Source of the DNA: a virus
Taxonomy: Duplodnaviria; Caudoviricetes
Length of the DNA: 38,851 bases
Strand: one strand, 5' to 3'
Virus record (IMG/VR): IMGVR_UViG_3300009678_000037
Location: 1 to 38,851 of that record
A program made the translations under genes and the position numbers. The notes below the pieces were generated by a model. That model did no database searches. It was not told where the DNA came from and saw only the letters and a list, made by a program, of their open reading frames with translations. Below, piece by piece: positions 26,286 to 35,881 of the stretch; position 1 is the first letter of the stretch; every line of letters begins with the position of its first letter.

Positions 26286-26750
26286 TCAGCCTGTTACTTG
26301 AAGATTATGAAGATACGTTGGATGACTTTTTCTACCACCATTATATCGCTTCCAGAAAGGAGCGTCCTCCTCGATTCCGGAATAGATTAGGAGGTCTGAG
26401 CCATCCACATGATAATCAGGAACAGTGCCAACCAGCTTTCCCCCAAAGTGTACGGCCAGTTTGTTCATTGCCTTGTTGGCCGCCGACACAGTAGCCACGA
26501 CGTTCGTAACACCCAATTGCCAATAGGGGTAATCGTGCATGGCCCAGTACCAGACCCGTGAGGGGCGACGACCGGCCGCAATCCACATATGAGCATGGAT
26601 AGAACGACCATTGAATTGATCGAATATACCAACGGCAATAGGGATTCCATCGTCATACTCCGCAATGAGCATCGCGTTATTGGTGAATGCAATCCCGGCA
26701 AGCTCAGCCAAGAAAGGCAGCATTCGGCGGTCAGTGTTTAGCCATCTCAT
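26286..26750 (-). CDS. GNAT-fold virion assembly protein (154 aa)
   Basis: HDYPYWQLGVTNVVATVSAANKAM motif; ATGA coupling after the nozzle gene. Confidence 0.75.
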   Translation of the reverse strand: MRWLNTDRRMLPFLAELAGIAFTNNAMLIAEYDDGIPIAVGIFDQFNGRSIHAHMWIAAGRRPSRVWYWAMHDYPYWQLGVTNVVATVSAANKAMNKLAVHFGGKLVGTVPDYHVDGSDLLIYSGIEEDAPFWKRYNGGRKSHPTYLHNLQVTG

Positions 26751-28339
26751 ATCAGGCCACCCGGTTCCCATACCCATTGAACAGAGGAAAGACCCAGAGC
26801 CGTAGCCGTAACGACGTTCATTTGCCATGCGAAAGCATAGCCTAGAACATTGGCCGATACCCACGGGCGATAAATGTTCTCCACACCTACCCAGAAAGAC
26901 TCATCCCAGATAGCCTCATCCCACCGCGCGCCACCACTGGGGCTCACTGTGTTGGGCTGCTGCTGGAACTTGTCAATGCGGAAGTCCGGGAGGGCTCGCA
27001 TCACAAAAGAGGGGCGCGCGTTTAGCTCAGACTGCAACACCGGCCGCATGAACTTGGCGTGCTTGTTGGCGGTCGGATTGCCCAGATATGAATATGCTCC
27101 GAAAGCATACGCAGAGATAGGGTCCCCGCCCGTGCCTGTGCGTGGCACGTTATCCAAGTAACCATCCTGAGTGATTGTCAACACCCGACCATCAGCCGTT
27201 CCCATGTATACAACCCGGTCAATGCTCTTGATCGTCCGCACGGGATAGTCAAACTTCGTCCATGCTCCTGTGAGGAAATTCATAGCCAGCTGTAACGGCT
27301 TGCCGGTTGCCTCATCAAACAGGGAGATGATAACGGCCGTCAGATTCGGGTGGAAACCTACCTCAATTGGAAGGGTTGGCGTGAACGACGCAGTAAGCGC
27401 AATCAACGTTTTGGAGATACGCCTAGAGAGGACATTGGAATAGATGATTTCCTGTTCCGAGCCCTGAATCAGCGTGCTAAGAGGAAGCAAGCCACGCCGG
27501 GACAGATACAGGATATCGCCACCATATTCCGCAATAGCGCGAGGGCCTAACGGGGCCCCTACAGCATACACAGCATCAAGGGTCCAGTCTGACGAGTTTG
27601 CGGGATCGTTGCCGGAGTAAGTAGCTACCTCGCCATTGTTGGTAACGAACACAATGCGGTCATCCAAACCGTCGCCTGTATCCATTGACCAACGGGCCAT
27701 CGCAATCAAGTAGCCGCCACGCTTGAAGATACCGCCAAGGAAAAATGGCTGAGCCACACCGCCCACAGAGTCAACGGGGAGATACCATGCCGTCATGGAC
27801 CCACTCACCAGAAACCATAGGCGAGCCTTATGCACCTGCACCGCGCTGAATGTGTTGGGATTGACGCCCTGCACTTGGCCGGGGCCAACGGGCGGAGTAT
27901 TCTCAGTCCACTTGCTCCATGTAGTGCCATTGTATAGCAAGGTTTCTGCGCTATTACAGGCAACAAGATACTGGGCACCTGCCGTCGCAAAATTCGTATA
28001 GTCAAACAGACCATTTGTAACCGCAAAAACATTCGTAGGGGCGGCTGTGTCAGCAACGCGGAAGATGGCAAGATCGGTTGCAGCGAATATCTGGGTTGTG
28101 CCAGATACGTTATTGTAATCCATGATGGTCTTAACTGCGTTGACCATCCCCGTCGTATAATCCTTGAATCCCCGGCGCACAGTAAGGGCTGCGGTGTCCG
28201 GGAAAAAATTCATTGCGTCAATCAGATATTGGGGCTCCATCACAGCGAGCCCGTCCAAGTCATTCAATCCACCAACCGGAGCAGGCAGAGAATCGGCTTG
28301 ACTTACTTGCGGTTTCGGGCGCTTAAGACCTAGCATCAT
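26747..28339 (-). CDS. Tail nozzle / packaged-DNA stabilisation protein (P22 gp10-like role)
   Basis: LPAPVGGLN N-terminus; beta-propeller-like composition; WDEAIWD; position. Confidence 0.8.
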   Translation of the reverse strand: MMLGLKRPKPQVSQADSLPAPVGGLNDLDGLAVMEPQYLIDAMNFFPDTAALTVRRGFKDYTTGMVNAVKTIMDYNNVSGTTQIFAATDLAIFRVADTAAPTNVFAVTNGLFDYTNFATAGAQYLVACNSAETLLYNGTTWSKWTENTPPVGPGQVQGVNPNTFSAVQVHKARLWFLVSGSMTAWYLPVDSVGGVAQPFFLGGIFKRGGYLIAMARWSMDTGDGLDDRIVFVTNNGEVATYSGNDPANSSDWTLDAVYAVGAPLGPRAIAEYGGDILYLSRRGLLPLSTLIQGSEQEIIYSNVLSRRISKTLIALTASFTPTLPIEVGFHPNLTAVIISLFDEATGKPLQLAMNFLTGAWTKFDYPVRTIKSIDRVVYMGTADGRVLTITQDGYLDNVPRTGTGGDPISAYAFGAYSYLGNPTANKHAKFMRPVLQSELNARPSFVMRALPDFRIDKFQQQPNTVSPSGGARWDEAIWDESFWVGVENIYRPWVSANVLGYAFAWQMNVVTATALGLSSVQWVWEPGGLI

Positions 28340-29055
28340 ACGCTCCACGATCCGTCAGGCACGTTTGCACCGCTGATATACAGATGGTCACAGCGGGAAT
28401 CTAGACTGATAACGGGGGCCCCTTGATTCTGGCCCTTTTCCGCTTCCAGCATATAGGCAAATTCACTGGACAGGTCGGACGCATCCATGCCCTTCTGCTT
28501 CCAGAGTTTCAGCTTTGTGCCGGCGATCATCAAATCCTTGTCGAATTTCGGGAGGTCAGTATCCTTCGTTACCCTGTCCTTTTCATCGCCATCAATCAGG
28601 TCCGTGACCCACATCCGAGTGATATAGAAGAAGTGGATAATCTCACCCATCGCAGGCGTCGGAAACACTTGAAGCATGTTGTCCAGAATGCGGTAGCGGT
28701 AATACACGCCGACCGACACAATGCCATACTGAATCCATGACCATCCCTGAGGGCTCATGGGACCATACATCGGGCGCTTATTGGCGGTTGACCACGTTGT
28801 TTGATTTACGATGCGCCCGTAGTCAATGGGCAGGGGGAATTTGTTCTGGACGCCATCGCCATTGAACGTGGCAGTCCTCTCTAGGAACTGCCAGTCATGC
28901 GCCCGCACCAATTCCGACCCTACCCGATTGAGTAAACCGAGTGTTTGAAACCCGGTTTGATCGTCCTGCGCCGAAAGGATAGTGACAACCTGCGGTAGAC
29001 CAAGCTCCTGTAGAGACTCGTTGACGATAGCTAGCGCATTGGTTGTCATGGCCAT
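28336..29055 (-). CDS. Head-tail adaptor protein
   Basis: AHDWQFL, LPIDY motifs; position. Confidence 0.75.
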   Translation of the reverse strand: MAMTTNALAIVNESLQELGLPQVVTILSAQDDQTGFQTLGLLNRVGSELVRAHDWQFLERTATFNGDGVQNKFPLPIDYGRIVNQTTWSTANKRPMYGPMSPQGWSWIQYGIVSVGVYYRYRILDNMLQVFPTPAMGEIIHFFYITRMWVTDLIDGDEKDRVTKDTDLPKFDKDLMIAGTKLKLWKQKGMDASDLSSEFAYMLEAEKGQNQGAPVISLDSRCDHLYISGANVPDGSWSV

Positions 29056-29058
29056 GAC

Positions 29059-29649
29059 TTATTTCCCCTTTGGCACTTCGGCGGCTTTAGCTGCTTGCCA
29101 TTGCTTGATGATGGCTGCCTGTGCTTCGACTGTCTCCTTCAAGGAGTCAATCTGCGCCTGCATTTCCTCCCTCTCCTTTTGGAGTTTGATGAAAGGCGCT
29201 TGCTTCTCAGCATTAACTTCCATCTGTTGCGCACGCTGTTTCAGCTTGAATAGGCCGGGGATTCGGGTGCATACGTCGTCGCCCACATTTGCCAGCTGCT
29301 CGACGGTACGAATTCGCAGGTAGGAAAGTTCTTCTACCTGCGACCGGGTAATCCAAGGGGCTTCCACCAAAGGGGTGCCGATGACTTGCTCAGTGTCACC
29401 AGCCTTGAATTCGCGGTATGCCGCCGCGAACCGCTTCTTGTCCATATCCGTGACAGGACGTTGCACGATGTTTGTAGTGTTGCCGGGGGTGCGGATTTCG
29501 ACGTATTCCTTGTCCTCATAAATCGGTCGGCCTTCCTCTGCCGACTTGGCTTCGTTTTCCTTGGGGCGGATATAGAACTTCACATAGACGGACTTATCGG
29601 CCGCCTCGCGGGAGTTGAAATCACTTACATCAAAATCAGCGGTTTGCAT
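29059..29649 (-). CDS. Conserved phage protein (196 aa)
   Basis: AAGGAG RBS; EGRPIY, GTPL, IRTVEQLA. Confidence 0.8.
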   Translation of the reverse strand: MQTADFDVSDFNSREAADKSVYVKFYIRPKENEAKSAEEGRPIYEDKEYVEIRTPGNTTNIVQRPVTDMDKKRFAAAYREFKAGDTEQVIGTPLVEAPWITRSQVEELSYLRIRTVEQLANVGDDVCTRIPGLFKLKQRAQQMEVNAEKQAPFIKLQKEREEMQAQIDSLKETVEAQAAIIKQWQAAKAAEVPKGK

Positions 29650-29659
29650 GGGGCGCTCC

Positions 29660-29815
29660 TTAACCAATGAGGCCGCGTTCTATGACAGCAACGAGGACGT
29701 AAATCGCCAGCCCCAGCCACCCCAGATGCACGCGAGGGCTGACGGTGACGTTGAGTGCTGCCAGAATCAGGCAAACAAGCGCCAGCAGCAGCAGGACAGT
29801 AATGGTGATGGTCAT
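29660..29815 (-). CDS. Small two-TM membrane protein (51 aa), holin candidate
   Basis: GGAG RBS; MTITITVLLLLALVCLILAALNVTVSPRVHLGWLGLAIYVLVAVIERGLIG; not in ORF track. Confidence 0.7.
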   Translation of the reverse strand: MTITITVLLLLALVCLILAALNVTVSPRVHLGWLGLAIYVLVAVIERGLIG

Positions 29816-29828
29816 TTCGTTTCTCCCG

Positions 29829-29856
29829 AAAGGCACGCCCCTGAAAGAGCGTGCCC
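29829..29856 (-). terminator. Probable weak terminator after capsid/decoration genes
   Basis: GGCACGCTCT-TTCA-GGGGCGTGCC then TTT. Confidence 0.55.
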
Positions 29857-29861
29857 CAGTT

Positions 29862-30503
29862 TCAGGTGACAGCCGGAGAGGCTGCGGTAGCGGAGCCGAA
29901 TGCCGAATCCGTGGCGATCATGGCAACGCCAGTCCGGTTGACGAAGCCAGCTTCAATGGCTGCACCATCAGCCACCGCGCCGACTGCCGTAACGGCCTTG
30001 GTTGCAAACCCGGTAAACACGGGGCCCGCACCAGCATCACGCGAAGCCCCCGCCCCAAAGGCCAGAAGCGGCTGGGCGACGTAGGGGGAAACCGTGGACA
30101 CGCCCAGACCCGTATTGCCGGGGCCGGGAGTGATAACGCTCTTGCCGCCGCCGATGGCGGTCAGGATGGCCGTTGTTGCGGCCACATTGTTTGGCAGGGT
30201 CACGCCGGGCGTTTGGTCATCCGTATAGCCACGATTCTTGATGGCCTGCGGAGCGGTCGCCGGGGACGTGCCAGTTGCCACATTGATGACGGGGCCGACA
30301 CTGAGGCCGAAACCGATACCGGTATTCAGCGCGCCGGTGGAGTGGTTGGTGGGATCGTTTTCCTTGGCGAAGGTAGTAGGGTTGAACCGCTTGGCATCGA
30401 GCGGTGAACCCTTGGGCCCTGAAAAGGGGCTCATTAGTACGGCCTTGCCAGCAGCCGGATTGGCCGGTGTGACAAGGGGGCCAGCCATGTTTGCAGCAGG
30501 CAT
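29862..30503 (-). CDS. Putative capsid decoration protein (213 aa)
   Basis: GGAGGA RBS; A/G/T/P-rich; follows MCP. Confidence 0.7.
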   Translation of the reverse strand: MPAANMAGPLVTPANPAAGKAVLMSPFSGPKGSPLDAKRFNPTTFAKENDPTNHSTGALNTGIGFGLSVGPVINVATGTSPATAPQAIKNRGYTDDQTPGVTLPNNVAATTAILTAIGGGKSVITPGPGNTGLGVSTVSPYVAQPLLAFGAGASRDAGAGPVFTGFATKAVTAVGAVADGAAIEAGFVNRTGVAMIATDSAFGSATAASPAVT

Positions 30504-30580
30504 TTTAGCATCCTCCAATCCAGCGAAAAGTATTACGGCTTTTTGACTGGAAGCCGCAAACCAGCAACGCGCCCCCGCGT

Positions 30581-30754
30581 TTACGGTGCGGGCTCATTCC
30601 AGCCCGGCGGGATTTCACCCGACTTGTAAGGCTTTCCCGTAGCGGGGTCCACTGGGACTTCCGCAGCGCGCGGCTCAGTCAAAATCATGGGCTCTTCACC
30701 CAATTCTTCAACCGGGTCTTCCTGCGGTTCATCTGCCTTGTTTCTGCGGGTCAT
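30581..30754 (-). CDS. Small acidic Pro-rich protein (57 aa, MTRRNKADEPQEDP...)
   Basis: AAGGAG RBS immediately after the MCP stop; not in ORF track. Confidence 0.7.
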   Translation of the reverse strand: MTRRNKADEPQEDPVEELGEEPMILTEPRAAEVPVDPATGKPYKSGEIPPGWNEPAP

Positions 30755-30764
30755 GGCAGACTCC

Positions 30765-31724
30765 TTACGGGTTCACATCAAGACGGCCCTGGAACTGGGC
30801 CCCGCAAGTGGTCAAATTGCCTGCCCACGCGAGGATCTGAACTTCGGCGTCCTGATTGATGGAATACCGCTTGTTAGGACTCAGCGGGACGAAGTTGCGG
30901 GCGCTGTGCGGACGGAACCGAATATAGTCGGTATTCAGCATGAACGCCGTACCAGCCGGGCAGAAGCCGCCGATGCCGCCATCAAGCACGCAGTCAGCAT
31001 CCATGTACTTGATCGTCGGGAAACCGAGGTTTCCAACGTCAGGATTGGTGAACCTTTGCTGTGCTTGCAGGGATGCCACGTAAGCGGCCCAGACAACATT
31101 GTCCATCGGGATCAGGTCGGGGCGGTCAGCGCCACGGACCAGCTGTGCCCAAAGAGCATTCATGTCGGCTTGGATTGTGGCCGCGCTGGCGACGTTCCGC
31201 AGCTTGGACCGCCAGAAGGTCCAAGTAACGCGGTCGATGCCACCATAAACGCCAGTCGTGGGATCGAACGGAACCGCCGCGTTCAGACCGGTGATTTCCT
31301 TACCACCGGAGCCCGTGCCATCACTGTAGATGCCACCAGCAACGAGGTTCTTCATGGTGGACTCTGCCACGTCAATGCGGGCAGCGAGCAAATCAATCAT
31401 CTGCTCCGGGCCGGCATTCTGTAGCAATTCCAGACCGGAAATGACCACCGGGCAAGCGGCCTGCTTGATATCGAACTGGGCCGCGGAAAGCACGTCCTGA
31501 GCCGCCACCGGAAGCAGGTCATATCCGCTGTACCAGCCGGCGTTGCCGTTTTCGGCAAAGGATAGTTCTTCGTAGATCAGGCGACCGCCTGAGAAGGTAC
31601 GCATTTTGCCCTTCTGCGAAAGCCGCATCAGGAGCGCGTTGTTTTTGGTCACGTTGTCCGCAATCTTCTTCGTGCGGGATTCAATCGTGGTAGTGATGAT
31701 ATCACTGACATTCGGGAAGGCCAT
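30765..31724 (-). CDS. Major capsid protein (319 aa)
   Basis: IADNVTKNNALL, YSDGTG, ITGL motifs; size and position; GGAG RBS. Confidence 0.9.
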   Translation of the reverse strand: MAFPNVSDIITTTIESRTKKIADNVTKNNALLMRLSQKGKMRTFSGGRLIYEELSFAENGNAGWYSGYDLLPVAAQDVLSAAQFDIKQAACPVVISGLELLQNAGPEQMIDLLAARIDVAESTMKNLVAGGIYSDGTGSGGKEITGLNAAVPFDPTTGVYGGIDRVTWTFWRSKLRNVASAATIQADMNALWAQLVRGADRPDLIPMDNVVWAAYVASLQAQQRFTNPDVGNLGFPTIKYMDADCVLDGGIGGFCPAGTAFMLNTDYIRFRPHSARNFVPLSPNKRYSINQDAEVQILAWAGNLTTCGAQFQGRLDVNP

Positions 31725-31822
31725 TTGGATTCTCCGGAGGAAAGGTATGCCCACTTTCGCAATCAGGAGGTTAGCTCCCCGGAAACAGCCCGCGCGGTGT
31801 CGGCGGTCGGCCCCGAGCCTCC

Positions 31823-31851
31823 ATCCTAGCGAGCCGGGGCCGACGTGTCAA
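31823..31851 (-). promoter_or_regulatory. Capsid-operon sigma70 promoter
   Basis: TTGACA-17-TAGGAT on the - strand, within a 10-bp inverted repeat. Confidence 0.7.
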
Positions 31852-31858
31852 GCGTGTT

Positions 31859-33007
31859 TCAGCGCCCGGAAACCGAGGCGTTCCAAGCCTTCCGGACGGT
31901 ATCGTGCAAATCGTCACCCTCCCCCGGCTGCTCGTTCCCATACTCCAAAGGGGCGGATCGGGGAGTGACTACCGCAGCCGCGCGCTGTTGGCGTATCTGC
32001 ACCGGGTTCTGAACCTGCACCGGTTGATTGCCGCTTGCGGCCTGTATGTAATACGGCCGAATCTGCGGGTTGCGCCAGCACGCAAGCTCATAGGCGTCCT
32101 GATAGGTTTCTGCATATCCGTATTCAATCAGGTCCGCCATGTCATCGCGCACATGCTCTAGGTACTCATGGCCGGGCTCTTGTGCGAAGGCATTCAGCTC
32201 GCTATCCGCTGCCTGTTCCTCGACCTGATTCTTCCATTGCTGTAGCTGCTGGAATTCCTGCACAAACTGAGGCGGGAGGGCTGGCGGAGTCCTATGGTAT
32301 TGGTGCGCCTGATTCAGCATGGCGTTTAGCTTGCCGCCCATTGCCCCGTCAAGGGCTCCGCGCATGGGCACGCCGAATTGATCCGCAAGGGCCAGAAGTA
32401 GCGAAACCCGCTGAGCGGGATTGCCGAGCCGCAAAGTCTGCTCTGTCTGAATGAGACTATCCAGATAGGCGCGGGGGTCTTCTTGGATATGCTCAAAGTA
32501 CGGAGCATAGGGCTGGACCGCTTGGAAAATCTGCTCCATCGGCGCGTAATACTGCTGTAGCTTTTGGACGCCCGCAGCGGTATCCTGTTCGCGCCGCGTG
32601 ATTTCCTCCCGGATATCCTGCGGGATGTTGCTCCACTTGCTTTTCATTTCCGGCCGCCAACCAGCCGGCGGCTTTGCGGGGTCAAATTGAAGCTCCCCCT
32701 GCGATTGCGTGCCTACTGGCGGTTGCTGTGTTCCCGGCGCGGGAGGCTGGCCCGGAAGCGGCTGCTGCTGCGTTGGCTTTGGCGGCTGCGGCTGTTGCTG
32801 CGTTGGCTCAGCGGGTGATTCCTGCTTTGATCGGAACTTGCCATCCGGGCCGCGCGTGGGGCCTGTTTCCCCATCAGGAAAGACAGGCGGGAGAGTTTCG
32901 GAGGTAGGATTGACAAAATCGCTCTCTCCGGGCTGTGGAGTTGCACCCTGCTGACCACCCTCTGTTTGCATGGCAGCTAGGATATCGTCATGTAGGTCGC
33001 CCATCAT
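31859..33007 (-). CDS. Capsid scaffolding protein
   Basis: RGPDGKF motif; PPAGW; Q/P-rich; directly upstream of MCP. Confidence 0.8.
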   Translation of the reverse strand: MMGDLHDDILAAMQTEGGQQGATPQPGESDFVNPTSETLPPVFPDGETGPTRGPDGKFRSKQESPAEPTQQQPQPPKPTQQQPLPGQPPAPGTQQPPVGTQSQGELQFDPAKPPAGWRPEMKSKWSNIPQDIREEITRREQDTAAGVQKLQQYYAPMEQIFQAVQPYAPYFEHIQEDPRAYLDSLIQTEQTLRLGNPAQRVSLLLALADQFGVPMRGALDGAMGGKLNAMLNQAHQYHRTPPALPPQFVQEFQQLQQWKNQVEEQAADSELNAFAQEPGHEYLEHVRDDMADLIEYGYAETYQDAYELACWRNPQIRPYYIQAASGNQPVQVQNPVQIRQQRAAAVVTPRSAPLEYGNEQPGEGDDLHDTVRKAWNASVSGR

Positions 33008-33425
33008 TGGGAATTTCCTCTGTATATTCTGCGGGGGACGGTTTGTAGCCTTCTTCCAGCTTTTGAATCGCCTTTTCCATGTCTGCGTTCAGGTCTTTCT
33101 TTCTCTCTTCCTCTGGTGCCTGATTCCATTGCCGCTCAGTGAACCTTTTAACGGCCGCTTCATCATAGCCGTCATGCAGGTTTACCACGTTGTTCCGCTT
33201 GTTGTGTTCCTGTAGCTCCGTGGAGGTAGTAATTACAGAGCCATCTACGGGGGAGACAAATGGCTCGAAATTACCCTTGGAAAAGATGCGTACCGGTGTG
33301 AGGACCCGAACTGCGGGCTTACCGCATTCTCTACAGTGAAGAGTGGGGTCCTCTACATAGGCAGCTAAAGAGCATACCCTTTCATAGTCTCTTTTGCACT
33401 CTTCACAGTGATAGGTATAGATCAT
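32988..33425 (-). CDS. FmdB-like zinc-ribbon protein
   Basis: IYTYHCEEC...CRECG; SPVDG. Confidence 0.8.
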   Translation of the reverse strand: MIYTYHCEECKRDYERVCSLAAYVEDPTLHCRECGKPAVRVLTPVRIFSKGNFEPFVSPVDGSVITTSTELQEHNKRNNVVNLHDGYDEAAVKRFTERQWNQAPEEERKKDLNADMEKAIQKLEEGYKPSPAEYTEEIPNDGRPT

Positions 33426-33428
33426 GGC

Positions 33429-33629
33429 TTAATACTTCGTCATTCCGGGAACCCTGCTGCCGCGCGAACGGCCGCCCCTAAGTGCGTTAACTCTGGCCCT
33501 CTTCTCATCATCTTCATGGGCCTCAAACTTCTGGCCCACGGACTGAGGAATACCGACCTTCTTTGCGAACTGTGGATTATGAGCCACAGCTTGCATCAAA
33601 CGCTCTTGTTTTTCAGATTCATATGGCAT
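33429..33629 (-). CDS. Conserved small phage protein (66 aa)
   Basis: MPYESEKQERLMQAVAHNPQFAKKVGIPQSVG motif; GGAG RBS. Confidence 0.8.
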   Translation of the reverse strand: MPYESEKQERLMQAVAHNPQFAKKVGIPQSVGQKFEAHEDDEKRARVNALRGGRSRGSRVPGMTKY

Positions 33630-33630
33630 G

Positions 33631-35880
33631 TTAAACTCCCGGCGGCGGAGCCTCATTATTGTTTGCTGGAATTCCTGCTCTCTGCGCATCCTGCAAACGC
33701 TCCGACACAAACCGAGCCTCGTTCTGTCGGCCTTCTATCACAGCCCGATCTTCCCGCTGCTGGGCTTCAATAGCACTCATCTTTTCCTTATGCTGCAATT
33801 CCATTGCGTACAGTTGCGTTTTGAACTGTAGCTCAGCCGTGAACTTATCCTGCATGAATTTAAGCTCTGCGGCCTGTGCCTGTTGCTTCATCTGGGCTTC
33901 TTGCTGTTTGATCTGCATATCGGCCTGCGCCTTCGCCTGCTCAGCCTTGGCCTTTTGCTGCTCCGGCGTTTCCTCAGGCGGAGCGTCTTCGGCTTGCTTG
34001 GCTTTTTCAGCCAGCATTTTGATGCCGGAATCAATCGCGCCTTCAAGCTCCGACGAACCCTTGAATCCGACGATGGCAAACTTGATGGCCTGCGCCAGTA
34101 GCGGACCCATTGCAGGCTGTGCTTCAACCGCCGGAACCAGTGCTTGCAGATAGCCGCTCAGGACCTCAATAAAGCCGACCCTTTGCTCCTGTTGCAGCGC
34201 CCAGTCTTCCTGAGTGAGAGAATCGGCCTGAATGTCAATGGTATATTTAGCCATGAAGTCCGAACGAAGCAGCTCCAAAGCCTGAGGCACAAAGGGCTGA
34301 TCTTCCTTCGGCAAAAGGCCACATACCATTGACAGCTTGTCATCACTGTATAGCTGCGCCATCATTTCAGCCATGATCCGCAGAGTATCCCGCACAAAGA
34401 ATGCCACGTCACGTTGATAGGCATTCATGCGCACGCTGGCGAACTGCGCCTTGATCTGCTGCGCCTTGGCTGTTTCATACTGATTGCTGCTGCCCCGGAT
34501 GATATCTGCCATGCCGGTGATTTCAAACAGCTGCTCTTTCATAAAGCCATAGGTCGTGACTAGCTGTTGCAGCACTTGTGTAACCGTTTCCACGGGGAAC
34601 CAGCTGATAGCTCCGGACACGCCACCCTTTTCGGCAAACATGGCCCAGTTATCAACCGGAATCAGCTTGTTTTCAGCCCCGTCCAGAATCCGCCCAATGG
34701 CAGGCGTGGAAGAGTCATAGCAGCCAGCTACCCGGACAGCCTCAATGATGAGGTTGATTCGCGCATATAGGATATCCATTTCCATGTATTGGTCCTGCGC
34801 GACATAGTAATCCGGGATTGGCAGGAATTTACTTGTCGGCGGGCTCGCGCAAAGCGGCTTCGGGAAAGGCCAGAAGTTGACAAGTTGATAGGGGTCTTCA
34901 TTCTCGTCCAGAATCTCACCGCCGGGGGTAAGATGATAGACCATTTTCTTCTTCTTGTCCCACATCTGGATAACGCTTACTTTACCCTCGTTAATTGCAT
35001 CAGACGCGAGGCTCAAACCAGCACTCCGGTCGAAATCGGCTTTTCCGGTCAGGGCCTTGTCGCCCCAACGCTCTTTGGCCTCATCCTTTTCAACGTGGAG
35101 GATGCGACCCGCCCAAGTGACCTGTTCCCATGCCTTTTGCGGCTCATACAGGAAGTCTTTCCAGTAGACGATATCTACTGTGATTTCTTCCGGCTTGCCG
35201 GGCTTTTTCGGGGTCAATCCAGCCGGCTTGGGAGGCGGCGGAGGGGGAGGCGGCGGAGCGGGTGGCTGTGGCGGCTGTTGCGGGGGTGGCATTCCCTGTG
35301 GAGGGCCGCCCATTGGAGGGCCGGGAGGTTGTCCCGGTTGCGGAGCGCCCGGAGGGCCGCCCGCCTGTTGCGGCGGAGCGCCCGCCTGTGGGGGTGGAGG
35401 TTCTGCGGCTTCCGGGGGCGGCGGAACCTGCGGTTTCTCATATGCAGCCATCCCCTCAGGCGGCTGGAAGGAAACCCAGATCATTCCAATGCCGGGAACC
35501 AAGCGGTCCAGAATCGCGGACTTTATCGCTTGGTCAAAGTGCTTTGCGCAATGGATTTCATAGGTCAAACCGCGTTCCATGATGGTTGCGGCGACGCGGG
35601 CAGGCTCATTCTCGACTTCTCCCTTATGCAGCCGGGTAACATCGGGCTTAGGGAGGGAGTTATAGAGGCTTTCCTTGATAATCGTGGTATTGCTGTAGAA
35701 AAGGTTAACCTTCTTGATGCCGGGCTGACTTACCATCTGGCCGGAGGTTTCTGCTTCCCGGTCATCCTGATATCTGGCCTCGATTAACCTTCCCCGTTCG
35801 TGCATCTTTTCGGAGAACTTTTTCCACGCCTGTAGCCTTTGGGGCCACGGGTTACTTGCGGCTTTTGAATTGGCGGCCAT
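33631..35880 (-). CDS. Portal protein with Pro-rich insertion
   Basis: Follows TerL; FEITGMADIIRG, ETAKAQ; C-terminal coiled-coil barrel. Confidence 0.85.
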   Translation of the reverse strand: MAANSKAASNPWPQRLQAWKKFSEKMHERGRLIEARYQDDREAETSGQMVSQPGIKKVNLFYSNTTIIKESLYNSLPKPDVTRLHKGEVENEPARVAATIMERGLTYEIHCAKHFDQAIKSAILDRLVPGIGMIWVSFQPPEGMAAYEKPQVPPPPEAAEPPPPQAGAPPQQAGGPPGAPQPGQPPGPPMGGPPQGMPPPQQPPQPPAPPPPPPPPPKPAGLTPKKPGKPEEITVDIVYWKDFLYEPQKAWEQVTWAGRILHVEKDEAKERWGDKALTGKADFDRSAGLSLASDAINEGKVSVIQMWDKKKKMVYHLTPGGEILDENEDPYQLVNFWPFPKPLCASPPTSKFLPIPDYYVAQDQYMEMDILYARINLIIEAVRVAGCYDSSTPAIGRILDGAENKLIPVDNWAMFAEKGGVSGAISWFPVETVTQVLQQLVTTYGFMKEQLFEITGMADIIRGSSNQYETAKAQQIKAQFASVRMNAYQRDVAFFVRDTLRIMAEMMAQLYSDDKLSMVCGLLPKEDQPFVPQALELLRSDFMAKYTIDIQADSLTQEDWALQQEQRVGFIEVLSGYLQALVPAVEAQPAMGPLLAQAIKFAIVGFKGSSELEGAIDSGIKMLAEKAKQAEDAPPEETPEQQKAKAEQAKAQADMQIKQQEAQMKQQAQAAELKFMQDKFTAELQFKTQLYAMELQHKEKMSAIEAQQREDRAVIEGRQNEARFVSERLQDAQRAGIPANNNEAPPPGV

Positions 35881-35881
35881 T

